DNA of 64,000 nucleotides from Thermofilaceae archaeon (GTDB lineage: Archaea; Thermoproteota; Thermoprotei; Thermofilales; Thermofilaceae). The number at the start of each line of letters is the position of its first letter. The first letter of the stretch is position 1. Positions 1-10,586 of this stretch are shown piece after piece. The stretch lies in NCBI GenBank assembly GCA_038861545.1, contig JAWCCZ010000005.1:64103-128102 (forward strand), written 5' to 3'. The notes under the pieces were generated by a model. That model ran no database searches and was not told the origin of the DNA. It saw only the letters and a list, made by a program, of their open reading frames with translations. A program made the translations under genes and the position numbers.

Positions 1-696
1 ATATCACTCACAATATACCAAAGTTTGACATACTAACTGCATAGTATTAAGAGCAGCTATACAATACTTTCCTGTTGGAAATATTCATGTAGCTGTCGTC
101 GACCCGGGAGTAGACACACCTAGAAAAGAAATTCTTTTCAGAGCTAGAAACTATATATTGGTTGGACCTGACAATGGTATGTTAACCCTAGCAGTTGTGC
201 GAGATGGTATTAAAGAGGTTAGAATGATTGAAAATCTTAAATTAACTTTTTTGAAAATATAGCATACCTTCCATGGACGAGAAATTTTGCTCCCGTAGCA
301 GCACATCTGGCTAGAGGTGTACCTCTGGTTGAAGTGAGTAGAGCCATTAACGAGATAAAACTATCAAGTTTTACGAAAACACTCGTTAAGGGAAAAACCA
401 TTAAAGGTGAAGTATTTTATGTTGATGAATTCGGAAATATTGTATTTTAAACATTGAAGAAGAGCTTCTCCATGAAGTCGAGATAGGTTGTAATACCCTT
501 CTCTATGCGGTTTTTCGGGTCAACCACTTTAAAACTAAAATTATTGCCTTCCTATGGCTATGCAAAAGAGGGGGGCCCGCTATTGTTAATTAACAGTGAA
601 GGTTTTCTGGAATTGGCAGTAAACAAAGGCAATGCTGCAAAAATATTTGGATTACGGCCAGGAGTTAAAGTAAATTATAGTAAATGTGTTTCCTAA
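1..696 (+). pseudogene. Disrupted SAM hydroxide adenosyltransferase / SAM-dependent halogenase family gene (DUF62); 5' end lies outside the window
   Basis: Family motifs ITHNIPKFD, IHVAVVDPGV, LVGPDNG, HTFHGR, FAPVAAHLA, YVDEFGN and LINSEGFLELAVNKGNAA are in order but split over frames, with stops at 42-44, 260-262 and 448-450. Confidence 0.85.
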
Positions 697-769
697 GGGG
701 CATTCCAGGGTTACGGACAACTGTAGAAAAACTTAATGGCACCTCGCAGAACGTAGATCACGTGAGCGA

Positions 770-1831
770 CTAAGGTCTAAACCCTATGCCATCTACAACG
801 ACTTTTACCGCTGTATTTAATCTCTCAAACGCATACTTTGAGCCGGTTAACAGGTTACACAACCAAAGAGCGGTTTCAGCATGGCTCGTTATCCCGCTGG
901 CTATCACAGAAGACCGGCCTTTAGCTAATGACATGTATATAATAATATTATCTAATGCGTGGGAATCCACTAGAGCCTTTGACTTGAGAGCAGCGACTAG
1001 TTTTTCAGCAGCTTCGCGACCAACAGTTTCGGCCTTTTTGTTTTTTTCACCGAGCGAGTCGCCACCTACAAGCCCATGGTCAAATTTTGCCCATAATACA
1101 ATCCCGCTACCTATGCCCACAGCAGGGGTATCGATATCAATTGTAATTTCTCGTAAATATTCTCCATATCCCTTTTGTTTTAAATACTCAATAGCGGCTT
1201 TAGCTTGCCTCTCAGCTACGTGGCTGGGTAAGTTGGAGGAATAGGATATTCCTTCAATTGTTAGAAATTCTCCTCTACTCTCAAGTGATACCGGCGTTAA
1301 CGGGTAAGAGGGGGTAGCCTTTACTTCAACTAACCCTCCTCCTTGAGGATAATAGCCTAACCTGTGAACTTTTAACTCAACTTTAACACCAAAATTTTCC
1401 AGAAGAGGGAAAAGAACATTTTGCATGTATTGAATCGGTGGAGCCCATTTAACATTCGTGCCGCCTTTAACTCTAAGTGTCAATTCACCTTTTGCCGCGA
1501 TCAAGACGGGGAGTATAGCCTGGAGTAGAAGAGAAACACTACCTGCTGTTCCAATATCCACCTCATAGCTACCGCTTTTAGGTTTACCAGCCGGTTCTAC
1601 TAATATCTCTGAGGATCCTATGAATAAGCCATTAACTTTGGCTCCTATGAGACCCGCTATAACCTTCACTGCAGTTAAGTGTTGAGCACGTAAGCCAGGA
1701 TTGGATCTCTTCGCTCTAACGTTATAAACTCTAACTTTTTTGCCGAGTAAAGCGGCTAAAGCTACACTGTATCTAAGTAATTGACCGCCGCCTTCACCAT
1801 AGGAGCCATCAATTTCTATAATCTCCATCAT
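770..1831 (-). CDS. rtcA: RNA 3'-terminal phosphate cyclase
   Basis: IDGSYGEGGGQLLR, RSNPGLRAQH, GYYPQGGG and catalytic His in VDSHALD. Confidence 0.96.
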   Translation of the reverse strand: MMEIIEIDGSYGEGGGQLLRYSVALAALLGKKVRVYNVRAKRSNPGLRAQHLTAVKVIAGLIGAKVNGLFIGSSEILVEPAGKPKSGSYEVDIGTAGSVSLLLQAILPVLIAAKGELTLRVKGGTNVKWAPPIQYMQNVLFPLLENFGVKVELKVHRLGYYPQGGGLVEVKATPSYPLTPVSLESRGEFLTIEGISYSSNLPSHVAERQAKAAIEYLKQKGYGEYLREITIDIDTPAVGIGSGIVLWAKFDHGLVGGDSLGEKNKKAETVGREAAEKLVAALKSKALVDSHALDNIIIYMSLAKGRSSVIASGITSHAETALWLCNLLTGSKYAFERLNTAVKVVVDGIGFRP

Positions 1832-1859
1832 GCCTCTAGACTGTTAGATACCGACTCTA

Positions 1860-2444
1860 CTAAAAATCCTTCTTTTCAATCATCTGCTTTGTTAGAAAAA
1901 TTCTTTGCAATACTGTTAACGTTGTTAACATTAAAATAATTAAACATACCACTCCTCCAGCTACCTTACTAAAGTGGGCTACTGTTAAAGCAATAACTTT
2001 CGAAACTACTCGCTCTCCTCTTTCCATCAATCCTTTACCCCTCAGTTCAAACCCTAATCCCTCAGCTCTTGCTCTTGTGTAGCTAACTAGAAACTCTGCA
2101 GTAAGCAAGGCCAATGTCATTTCTGGGGACATCAACCCACTAACCATAAGTGCTAACGTATATATTGCATCACATACTCTATCAGTAGTTGAGTCGAGAA
2201 AAGCCCCGAACTTTGTAACTATATTCTTTTTCCTAGCAACATAGCCATCAAGCGAATCAAATACTCCTGAAAGAGTTATTACCCCGGCTGTGATCATAGG
2301 ATCTACACTGTAATAGGCTGTGAGAAGAGCAAATATTGATATAAGTAATGCCAGCAACGTAATCGCATTTGGTTCTAACGGTACCCTATCACCTATCAAC
2401 CTTTCTAATGCTTGTTCTACCAGCTTTCTATACTTTTCCAACAT
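1860..2444 (-). CDS. pgsA: CDP-alcohol phosphatidyltransferase (probable archaetidylinositol phosphate synthase)
   Basis: DSLDGYVAR...GAFLDSTTDR signature; LVSYTRARAE; hydrophobic. Confidence 0.9.
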   Translation of the reverse strand: MLEKYRKLVEQALERLIGDRVPLEPNAITLLALLISIFALLTAYYSVDPMITAGVITLSGVFDSLDGYVARKKNIVTKFGAFLDSTTDRVCDAIYTLALMVSGLMSPEMTLALLTAEFLVSYTRARAEGLGFELRGKGLMERGERVVSKVIALTVAHFSKVAGGVVCLIILMLTTLTVLQRIFLTKQMIEKKDF

Positions 2445-2802
2445 CTATGCTTCCCTTACGTGCTTGGAGTAAGAGAATAGCCTGTGCTAGATCGCCTCCC
2501 ACCTCTTGCAAAGCTTTCCTAGCTTCTTCTATGCTAACACCTGCCTGCTCTGCTACGAGGCTAATATCTTCCTCTGAAAATTCCTCTGTAGCTTCTTCCT
2601 TTTTGATTATTTCGACTTCTCGTCCTGTTACTTGGTATATTTTTTCTCCCTGTACCTCTAGCACCATTACTTTGGGCTCTTCGATTATCAATTCTTTATT
2701 ATCAGATATTACTATTATCACTTTCTCGCAAAAAATTTCTTGCATTTTAACTCCCATTCTTCTCATTAATCTTTCATATTCTCTCGGCGAGATCCTTCGC
2801 AA
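2428..2802 (-). CDS. nac: Nascent polypeptide-associated complex protein
   Basis: RLMRRMG N-terminus, YQVTG, C-terminal UBA-like EEDISLVAEQAGVS...GGDLAQAIL. Confidence 0.95.
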   Translation of the reverse strand: MRRISPREYERLMRRMGVKMQEIFCEKVIIVISDNKELIIEEPKVMVLEVQGEKIYQVTGREVEIIKKEEATEEFSEEDISLVAEQAGVSIEEARKALQEVGGDLAQAILLLQARKGSIDVGKV

Positions 2803-3520
2803 TTTTCCTCACCCCACCGAGGATGGCCTCTCCCAGCTCAATAATTCTTTCTTTGGCTACTAGAGAAGCTACGCGCCCCCCTAGATCATCAACGACGTCT
2901 GCTCTATCTATGAGAACTGAATCGCTTGTCGCTATAGCGTATTCTTCATGTAGCCGAATGAGATAATTATCTGCGCTAGCATTTGTTAAAGCTTTACCCT
3001 CAAGTCCCAGTTTCTTTAAAAGCCTCTCCACCAGTAAGGCAAACTCGCCGCTTCGGCTAACCTGAGAATCGAATACAATTATCAGTTTACCGGGTTGAAC
3101 AATCTTGTATACGTACATGAGTAAAACATACAGAGAGGTATATAGGAGTGGACTAATCCTTACCTTCCTGATAGTGGTTGCCAAGTCCCGCACAAATCCA
3201 TCGCTGGCATGCAAGAGGGTGTCGCCGATAAGAGCTGATTGAACTGTTGAGAGAACGTTGAAACCATCGATGGCAAGCATATCTCCTTTGCATTCCTTTA
3301 ACTTTCTTCTTCTCATAAAAGAAGTAACTGAGTCGAAAACAGTCCTATAGAGAGCAACCCTCTCTACTCTGCTTAAATGCCAACGAGCAGTTACTGCATC
3401 AAGAGCCACCTTACGGTTATAGCCCCTCTCCAACAACCAGAAGAAGTCAATCCCAGCATTAACTAGATCACTGGAAAACTTTAGATTTATTCGACTAAAA
3501 TTTTCATCTAAATAGTGCAT
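2774..3520 (-). CDS. DUF434 domain protein (PIN-like)
   Basis: LLERGYNRKVAL, IDGFNVL, DGFVRDLA and ATSDSVLID motifs. Confidence 0.85.
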   Translation of the reverse strand: MHYLDENFSRINLKFSSDLVNAGIDFFWLLERGYNRKVALDAVTARWHLSRVERVALYRTVFDSVTSFMRRRKLKECKGDMLAIDGFNVLSTVQSALIGDTLLHASDGFVRDLATTIRKVRISPLLYTSLYVLLMYVYKIVQPGKLIIVFDSQVSRSGEFALLVERLLKKLGLEGKALTNASADNYLIRLHEEYAIATSDSVLIDRADVVDDLGGRVASLVAKERIIELGEAILGGVRKIAKDLAERI

Positions 3521-6218
3521 TTTTCAGAGCTGTAACGAACGCTTCCACGTTTTCGACTTTACCTGTGACCAAATCGCTTACACCGCCTCCTTTACCCCCT
3601 GTAACCTTCAAAACTCGTTTGTTTACCTCTCTAGCATCTATACCCTTGTAGACCAATTCATTCCCAATTTTAATTACATAATCTCTACTGTTCTTATCCA
3701 CTAAACCAATAACCGCTGATGGTAAGACTCTGGAAACTTCAAGCGCTAACTCTCTGACATCGTAGCCATCTACTACTTTAGCCACCAACTTGACACCTGC
3801 CACTTCTTCGGCTAAGCTCGCTAAGGTTTGAGCTTTTGAAGCGAGCAACCTCGCTTTAGTTTTTAAGAGCTCGTTTCTCAGTTGTTCGACTTCACTGGTT
3901 AACTGCTCTACCTTCTCAACGATCTTCTCGGTATTAGTTTTAAGTTTTTCAGCGATAAGATTGAGGCTATCCTCTACCTCCCAGGTATGCTTTAGAGCTG
4001 AATTCCCTACCTTAAACACTAAACGCGAAATCCCATCTTGAAGTCTTTCAACTCTCACTATTTTTATGAGACCTATTTCACCTGTATTAGAGCAGTGTAG
4101 GCCGCCACATGCTTCAATGTCCCAGTCCTCAATTTCCACCAATCTTAACATCGTTTCTGGCACTACACCACCTTGGTATATTGTGAAACCATATTTCATT
4201 TCAGCTGTGGTTTTATCCATACTGAATATCCTAACCGGTCTATTCGACATAACTACCATATTAGCTAACTTTTCTATTAATCGCATTTCATCTCTGCTAA
4301 TTTTTTTATGATGAGTAATATCGAGCCTACTTTGATCAACTCCTTTCTGAGCTCCGGTTTGCCAAACGTGTCTACCTAGAACCCTTCTAGCACTTCCTAA
4401 TATTATATGGGTCGCGGTGTGACTTTTCATCAATGCTTCTCTCCGTTCATTATCCACTTTACCTTTCACAGTTTCACCCGGCAGAGGTATAACCCCATCG
4501 CATACATGAATTACAATACCACCAAAGTTCACTACTTTTAGAACTCTACATGTACCACCTTTCCACTCAATGATTCCCTCATCGTGAAGCTGTCCACCTC
4601 CTTCTGGATAAAAACTTGTTTGATTTAGAACTACGAAATTTTCATCAGATTTTAGTACTTTTGCTTCGAATTCCAACATTTTAGGATTTATATAGTAAAG
4701 TTTAACTGTATTTGGTAGACCTTTCGTAAAGGCTCGGATTTTTTCATCTATTTCTATAGGTTTTTTAGCTACAATCTCATGTTTAGAGGCTAATAATGAA
4801 AAGAAGTCCGGAGGTATGTTAACATGTACCCCAAATTTCATAGCTTCTTCTGCCACTAAATCCGGGGGAATCCCATGAGATTCATACAACTCGACGAGCT
4901 TCTCTTGGGATACCTCTATTGCGCCCTTTGAAGTTAGTTCCTTAAACATTCTTTCAGCTGCTTTCTTCCCATGATTCAAGGTTTCTCTGTATCTTTTCTC
5001 TTCGTAATCAATAATATCTGCTATTTCATCCTTCAAGTCGATATACTCGGGAAAATCGTTTTTCCATTCACTCAATTGCATTAAAGTAATTTCTGAAAGA
5101 GGTAACTCTAATCCTAGCTTCCACAGATGCCTAAGTGCTCTCCTGATTAAAAGCCTGGCCAAGTAGCCTGAACCCACATTTGAAGGCACTGTGCCGTCAC
5201 CAAGCATCCACAGTATAGTCCTACTATGGTCGACTAAAGCATAAAGCGAACTATAGGGAGCCAGAATTTTCTCTAATTCGTTTCTATCCATACTCAAGCT
5301 ACATGCTATTTCATTTAACGTAACCAATGCGCGCTCAGGTTTCTTGAAATCAAGCTTTCCAGACTTCTTGAAAATTTTCGCTGCAATCTCTTGATCGATT
5401 TTTTCAATACCGGCTTCACGCCTTAAAGCCTCTACGAGGTTCGGAAAGACGGCGTCATATATTGTTGGAGCTCCACTAAATAGCCAAAGAAATCGTTCAA
5501 GCCCATAACCTGTATCTACAATCCAGTTGTTCATTTCTTTGATAACTCCCTGTTCTAATACCCGGTAATGCATGAAAACTAGTGTTGCTACCTCTAGGCC
5601 TCTAACCAGGACCTCATAATCTTCTCCTGCGTTTCCTCCGCCACTCCACCAATCAAATTTGTAGGTAATTTCTTCGCCGGGGATCTTAAACTCTTCAGTA
5701 AATAATTTGTATGAGTATTCTACTGTTTCATTGGCCCAATAGAGTATTTTCCCTAGCATATTGAATGCATGATGTGCCATCATCTCAAAACCCGTGAGAT
5801 GCCTTCCAGTTTTACCTACATTATCTACATCCGTCAGCCTTATGCTGGGTTGAGAAATTACTAACGGATTAGCGGGGGGTTCAACTAAACCTTCTGTTAC
5901 CCATGGTTGAAAATCATAAATTGATGCTCCTACTAAATATACATCCTCCCTCCACCTTGCTACTACTGGATACCTGCGTATACGTCTGTGTCCATTACGT
6001 TCAAAAAAATTTAAAAAACATTCTCTAATCTCTTTAGAATTGGAAATGTTTAAACCAACAGGGTTACCTATAAACTGGTAATCGGTACATGGTTGATCTC
6101 CACATACTTTCCTTTCAGAATCTAGAGTCCAAAAATTGCTACCACAGACGATGCATCTTTTCAGTATAAATCCTTCCTGTTTGAAAAACGGAAGCTTCAA
6201 GAATTCCTCCTTGTTCAC
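3504..6218 (-). CDS. alaS: Alanine--tRNA ligase
   Basis: RYPVVARWREDVYLVGASIYDFQP, DTGYGLER, editing motifs HTATH and CGGLH, C-terminal GGKGGG. Confidence 0.98.
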   Translation of the reverse strand: MNKEEFLKLPFFKQEGFILKRCIVCGSNFWTLDSERKVCGDQPCTDYQFIGNPVGLNISNSKEIRECFLNFFERNGHRRIRRYPVVARWREDVYLVGASIYDFQPWVTEGLVEPPANPLVISQPSIRLTDVDNVGKTGRHLTGFEMMAHHAFNMLGKILYWANETVEYSYKLFTEEFKIPGEEITYKFDWWSGGGNAGEDYEVLVRGLEVATLVFMHYRVLEQGVIKEMNNWIVDTGYGLERFLWLFSGAPTIYDAVFPNLVEALRREAGIEKIDQEIAAKIFKKSGKLDFKKPERALVTLNEIACSLSMDRNELEKILAPYSSLYALVDHSRTILWMLGDGTVPSNVGSGYLARLLIRRALRHLWKLGLELPLSEITLMQLSEWKNDFPEYIDLKDEIADIIDYEEKRYRETLNHGKKAAERMFKELTSKGAIEVSQEKLVELYESHGIPPDLVAEEAMKFGVHVNIPPDFFSLLASKHEIVAKKPIEIDEKIRAFTKGLPNTVKLYYINPKMLEFEAKVLKSDENFVVLNQTSFYPEGGGQLHDEGIIEWKGGTCRVLKVVNFGGIVIHVCDGVIPLPGETVKGKVDNERREALMKSHTATHIILGSARRVLGRHVWQTGAQKGVDQSRLDITHHKKISRDEMRLIEKLANMVVMSNRPVRIFSMDKTTAEMKYGFTIYQGGVVPETMLRLVEIEDWDIEACGGLHCSNTGEIGLIKIVRVERLQDGISRLVFKVGNSALKHTWEVEDSLNLIAEKLKTNTEKIVEKVEQLTSEVEQLRNELLKTKARLLASKAQTLASLAEEVAGVKLVAKVVDGYDVRELALEVSRVLPSAVIGLVDKNSRDYVIKIGNELVYKGIDAREVNKRVLKVTGGKGGGVSDLVTGKVENVEAFVTALKNALFR

Positions 6219-6260
6219 TTAATTCCCCCCTCTAAACCCAACAGTGCTATGCCTTTAAGT

Positions 6261-7169
6261 CTAGCTAAACTCCGCTGCACGCATCTTGACCAGATTATAG
6301 ACCACGTTAGCTTCGTTATTTGCACGTGCTAGAACACTTGCAATTAAGTCAGGTATTGGTAATGCAGCAATTACAGCTAGAGAACGGGCTTCCGTATAGG
6401 CTTTTGTTAAAAGTATTGATATAATTTCGCTAACTGGTATACATGCATTAAGAGCTAAGTTGAGAGCATGCGAATGAGCTTCTGCTATTTGCCTTAAATA
6501 GAGCTCGGGATCCACCTCAATTTCACCTGGTTCTAAGATCCTGCTATCAAGAAATATGGCCTTGATTGGAAGCGAGACTTCTATGGGTTTTAACCCAAGT
6601 TTGCTTAACAGATCAGCTAGCTCTGCCGATATCGATTCTCCCTTCTTCGCGACCGTTGTATCACTTGTAACCCATATAGACCCTTCTTGTATTCTTACAG
6701 GTATCTTTAACTTGTTAAACAAGCTAATAACAGGACCTGGAGAGAAACCTGTATTTCCGGCTGGAATTATTATATCGCTCGTAGCTATGTCACCAGCTTT
6801 AGCTTGTCTTGTCATTTTATATTCTCTCTTGAGAAAAATTATCAATAAAAATGGATTTTCGTTAGTAAATATTATTCCAATCTGCCCTTTAAGTTTGCTT
6901 TCAATTTTATTAGCAATTTGATCATCAGCAATCCTATCTTTAATAGCCATCAAGAGAAGCGCGTTTTTAATCACTTTGAATGTTGCCCCACGCTCTCTTA
7001 GCTTACGCCTGATACCTTGAAGCGTTTGCGCTGGAATTCCAGTAATATCTACAATCAAAAAGTATGAATTTTGGTTAATTAGATCCGCGTAGACTTTAAT
7101 GGTATTTACTTTGCGTATCGGATAAGTTCTCAACTTCATGGATCCCATTTGTATGCTCATTTTACTCAA
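6261..7169 (-). CDS. rplP0: 50S ribosomal protein uL10 (P0), lacking the acidic C-terminal tail
   Basis: KVIKNALL, IFTNENPF, IPAGNTGFSPGP; follows uL11-uL1. Confidence 0.95.
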   Translation of the reverse strand: MSKMSIQMGSMKLRTYPIRKVNTIKVYADLINQNSYFLIVDITGIPAQTLQGIRRKLRERGATFKVIKNALLLMAIKDRIADDQIANKIESKLKGQIGIIFTNENPFLLIIFLKREYKMTRQAKAGDIATSDIIIPAGNTGFSPGPVISLFNKLKIPVRIQEGSIWVTSDTTVAKKGESISAELADLLSKLGLKPIEVSLPIKAIFLDSRILEPGEIEVDPELYLRQIAEAHSHALNLALNACIPVSEIISILLTKAYTEARSLAVIAALPIPDLIASVLARANNEANVVYNLVKMRAAEFS

Positions 7170-7806
7170 CCTTTACTGGAGGCCCCATAGTGAGTTTAAT
7201 GTAAACTTTTTCTATATTATGGAGTTTAAATCTCCCCAGAAGGAAGTTAATAACCGCTAAAGCATTCTCTCCTACTTCTTTAGGATCTTGACTTTCGCTG
7301 CCTATTTTACATTGAATTTGAGGTTGATCTCTAACTCTAACTCGTACGGATTTTTTCGCTCTCTCAATCAGTGGTTTTAGATCCACTGTTGAAGGAACTG
7401 GCTGAGGCATCTTACCTCTGGGTCCTAGATATCTTCCTAAGGACCTACCGACAATTGGCATGAGATCCGATTGCGCTATAAAAATATCATATGTTCTAGC
7501 TATCTTCTTAGCATCTTTTTTACTTGAAGCTGTCTTCTCTAAGACATCCCTTGTTACAACAGCATCAGCACCTGCTTCTCGAGCCTTTAAGGCCATATCC
7601 CCGTCAGCGATAACTGCAACCTTAGCTAATTTATTAAGTGGAGGATTAGGCAACTGTATGAGTTCTGAAAATCGGTTTTCTGGCTGTTTAAAATCTACAT
7701 CCTTAAGTTTAACTATTAGCTCGTAGCTTTGAATAAATTTCTTCGACTTCGATAATTCTTTAGCTTTCTTTATAGTTTCAACTAAATCTTCAAATCTAAT
7801 ACTCAT
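7162..7806 (-). CDS. rpl1: 50S ribosomal protein uL1
   Basis: LGRYLGPRGKMPQP, YIKLTMGPPVK. Confidence 0.97.
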   Translation of the reverse strand: MSIRFEDLVETIKKAKELSKSKKFIQSYELIVKLKDVDFKQPENRFSELIQLPNPPLNKLAKVAVIADGDMALKAREAGADAVVTRDVLEKTASSKKDAKKIARTYDIFIAQSDLMPIVGRSLGRYLGPRGKMPQPVPSTVDLKPLIERAKKSVRVRVRDQPQIQCKIGSESQDPKEVGENALAVINFLLGRFKLHNIEKVYIKLTMGPPVKVE

Positions 7807-8315
7807 TTAGATTCACCTCTAATCTCATATTCTAATATTACATGGTCATACATTCCATTTTCCAATCCTTCTAAGAAATCTTTAGGAGCCTTATTTTCAA
7901 CTTTAACACCCATACTTTGACAAGTACCAACAACTGTCTTAATGGCATTTTTCAGGGTTTTTGAGCCTATATCGTTCATCTTTAACATCGCTATTTTAAC
8001 TATAGTTTCCAAAGGTAAATTACCCACAAAGGATTTTCCAGCTTGACTGGACCCTTTTTCTGCTTTTAATTCCTTTATTATTAGCGCAGCTGTTGTTGGT
8101 GTTCCTACTTCTACACTAAAAGTTTTCTTTTCGGTATCTACATCTACTTTAACAGGAACCCTCATCCCCGCGAAATCTTTAGTTAATTCATTAATTTTCT
8201 TAACCACCTCTAACACATTAATGCCGAGTGGCCCTAGCGCGGGCCCGATTGGAGGGCCCGCGCTAGCCTTGCCTCCTTCAACTAAAAATTGAAAAGTTTT
8301 AACTTTTACAGACAT
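7803..8315 (-). CDS. rpl11: 50S ribosomal protein uL11
   Basis: VEGGKASAGPPIGPALGPLGIN; GTCQSMGV. Confidence 0.97.
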   Translation of the reverse strand: MSVKVKTFQFLVEGGKASAGPPIGPALGPLGINVLEVVKKINELTKDFAGMRVPVKVDVDTEKKTFSVEVGTPTTAALIIKELKAEKGSSQAGKSFVGNLPLETIVKIAMLKMNDIGSKTLKNAIKTVVGTCQSMGVKVENKAPKDFLEGLENGMYDHVILEYEIRGESK

Positions 8316-8329
8316 TTGATCACCTCAGA

Positions 8330-8755
8330 TTATTTCAAAGGTAGAAACATCGATGACCTAGTAGCTTTTAGCCCTGGCTCACCATGTTCAACCCTCTTGC
8401 ACGTAGGTGCAAACTCACCTAGGTAGTGCCCAATCATCTCAGCTCTTATCGTCACCGGTACATACTCCTTACCATTGTGAACCTGAATTGTTACTCCCAC
8501 CATTTCTGGAAGAATCACTAGGTCTCGAACATGCGTTTTTATGACAGGCTGTTTACCAGTTTTATCCTTTATTTCTTTGGCTTTCCGAATCTTTTCCATA
8601 ATTTTCCGGTGACGCTCCTTTAACCCTCTTTTAAGCGTCCTCCTTTGTCTAGATGACAACATGTTCGTTAACTTGTCCAGCGTCAATGCTTGTAATTCTT
8701 CAAACGTTAAACCCCTGTATCGGAATTCCCTCACCGCAGCAACCATATCAATCAC
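8330..8755 (-). CDS. rps19p: 30S ribosomal protein uS19
   Basis: [36 protein letters not shown]. Confidence 0.97.
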   Translation of the reverse strand: MIDMVAAVREFRYRGLTFEELQALTLDKLTNMLSSRQRRTLKRGLKERHRKIMEKIRKAKEIKDKTGKQPVIKTHVRDLVILPEMVGVTIQVHNGKEYVPVTIRAEMIGHYLGEFAPTCKRVEHGEPGLKATRSSMFLPLK

Positions 8756-8791
8756 CTCAGAGTATTAACATCACTGTTAAAAAATTCACGC

Positions 8792-9535
8792 CTAACCACT
8801 TGTTCCTCCCCCACCTTTTTTCCTTCCAGTTCTTCTCGAAGCTATATGACCTACTTTTTGCCCCGGTGGAGCATTGCGTGAAACGGGTGTTAGTCCCTTC
8901 GGATGATGCCCCCCACCGGCTGGATGAGCATAGGCACCCATTGCCTTTCCTCTAACAGTTGGATACTTGAAAGATTTAACTTTGGATAAATAGTATGCTT
9001 TACCTGCTTTCAGCATTGGTTTCTCTGTTCTCCCACCACCAGCCACAATGCCGATAGTGGCGCGAGAATGTGAACTTACTTCCTTAACTTTTTTAGATGG
9101 AAGTTGAATTAAAGTTTTGCCATCCCTATGAGCCAGTACAACCGCATATGTTCCACTTGATCTAGCCAGTTTGCCACCATCTCCAGGGTGTATTTCAACA
9201 TTGCAGACCATACTGCCTTCAGGAATTTTCCCTATGGGGAGTATGCTGCCAACATTAACCGGGGCTTTGGCTCCATAGTATACCACTTGCCCTATCGCTA
9301 GACCCTCGGGGGCTATCATGAGCATTTCCGTGTCATCTTCGAACTTTATGCGAGCTATAGGGTAACCTCTTCCAGAATCATGGAGAAGCTCCTTAACTGT
9401 ACCCGCGATGACCTTATCGTAGACTTCCTCGATTCTAAATGGTCTATAGGTTATATCACCTACTTTCTTCCAACTAGGGTTTCGAAATACAGATCCTCCT
9501 CGACCGCGCCTTTGAACTAATAATCGTTTACCCAT
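8792..9535 (-). CDS. rpl2p: 50S ribosomal protein uL2
   Basis: MGKRLLVQRRGRG, GDGGKLARSSG, HPAGGG, APPGQKVGHIASRRTG. Confidence 0.98.
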   Translation of the reverse strand: MGKRLLVQRRGRGGSVFRNPSWKKVGDITYRPFRIEEVYDKVIAGTVKELLHDSGRGYPIARIKFEDDTEMLMIAPEGLAIGQVVYYGAKAPVNVGSILPIGKIPEGSMVCNVEIHPGDGGKLARSSGTYAVVLAHRDGKTLIQLPSKKVKEVSSHSRATIGIVAGGGRTEKPMLKAGKAYYLSKVKSFKYPTVRGKAMGAYAHPAGGGHHPKGLTPVSRNAPPGQKVGHIASRRTGRKKGGGGTSG

Positions 9536-9546
9536 GTTAAGTCACC

Positions 9547-9807
9547 TTATAGTACACCCATCCTGCTTAATACATCTACCGCGTTATACTCGGATTTCAA
9601 CTTAACATAAGCCTTTTTATCGCCTGTAGAAGTTATCAACGTGCTAACTCTGGCTGCCTTGACTCCAAATAATTTCTCTACTGCTTCCTTTATTTGGTTT
9701 TTATTGACCTCCTTTGCTACTATCAGTGTTAATATATTACTTTTCTCAGCTAGCATTAAGGATTTCTCAGTTACGTGTGGACGTACTATAACTTTAGCGG
9801 GTTCCAT
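9547..9807 (-). CDS. rpl23: 50S ribosomal protein uL23
   Basis: PHVTEKS, NKNQIKEAVEKLFGVK, GDKKAYVKL. Confidence 0.96.
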   Translation of the reverse strand: MEPAKVIVRPHVTEKSLMLAEKSNILTLIVAKEVNKNQIKEAVEKLFGVKAARVSTLITSTGDKKAYVKLKSEYNAVDVLSRMGVL

Positions 9808-10586
9808 ACTTCCACCTTTTCAAACCTTCTAGCTAATTCATTTATGGCGGAGACCGTGTAAAGGGTTAGCCTTCCTGGCATACCTCCTGGAGCAAGGTCT
9901 ACTACATTGAGTAAATTTGCAGTCACAACGTCTACGCCTGGTAACCCACGCGCTGCTAAGGTAATTTCTGCGCTTTCGGATACTACAACTAGTAAACTTT
10001 TTGGAACTTTATATTTTCTCCCCCTCATTTTACCCTTTCCCGCTCTTACTCTTTTATTCTTCGCAGCTCTCTCCACATCTTCCCATAAACCAAGTGCAAT
10101 AAGCGTTTTTCTAACATCTCTAGATTTAGCCAGTTTCTCGAAATCGTCTACGACAACAGGGGGTATCTGCTTTACTGAATTTATTCGATGCCCGCGTGCT
10201 TTGACAAATTCAGGAATAGCTGTAGCTGCGAGAGCTGATATAGTGGCTAATCGCTTTTCTTTTTCATTAACATACTCTTTTATCCTTTTGTCTATCCTTG
10301 GTGGATGTGCCTTTCTGCCCCCTACTGCTTGAGGTACGAAAGCCGCCCTGTTGCTCCCTTTAATACGTGGAACCCTTGCTATTCCATAGCCGACGCCCCA
10401 GCTTATAGCCGTGGTTCGCTTTCCGGCTAGCGGTTCCGTACCTTTCGGCTGTAGTTTGGAAGTTAGGAGCGCGTGCACAGCCCTTCTAATGATATCGAGC
10501 CTTACCGGCGCCGAGAATAACATCGGTAGATAAATGGTGCCAGCAATATTCCCTTCCAAATCGTATACTTTCACTTCGTAACTCAT
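9786..10586 (-). CDS. rpl4p: 50S ribosomal protein uL4
   Basis: SWGVGYGIARVPR, VGGRKAHPP, RAGKGKMRGR, LAPGGMPGRLT. Confidence 0.97.
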   Translation of the reverse strand: MSYEVKVYDLEGNIAGTIYLPMLFSAPVRLDIIRRAVHALLTSKLQPKGTEPLAGKRTTAISWGVGYGIARVPRIKGSNRAAFVPQAVGGRKAHPPRIDKRIKEYVNEKEKRLATISALAATAIPEFVKARGHRINSVKQIPPVVVDDFEKLAKSRDVRKTLIALGLWEDVERAAKNKRVRAGKGKMRGRKYKVPKSLLVVVSESAEITLAARGLPGVDVVTANLLNVVDLAPGGMPGRLTLYTVSAINELARRFEKVEVWNPLKL

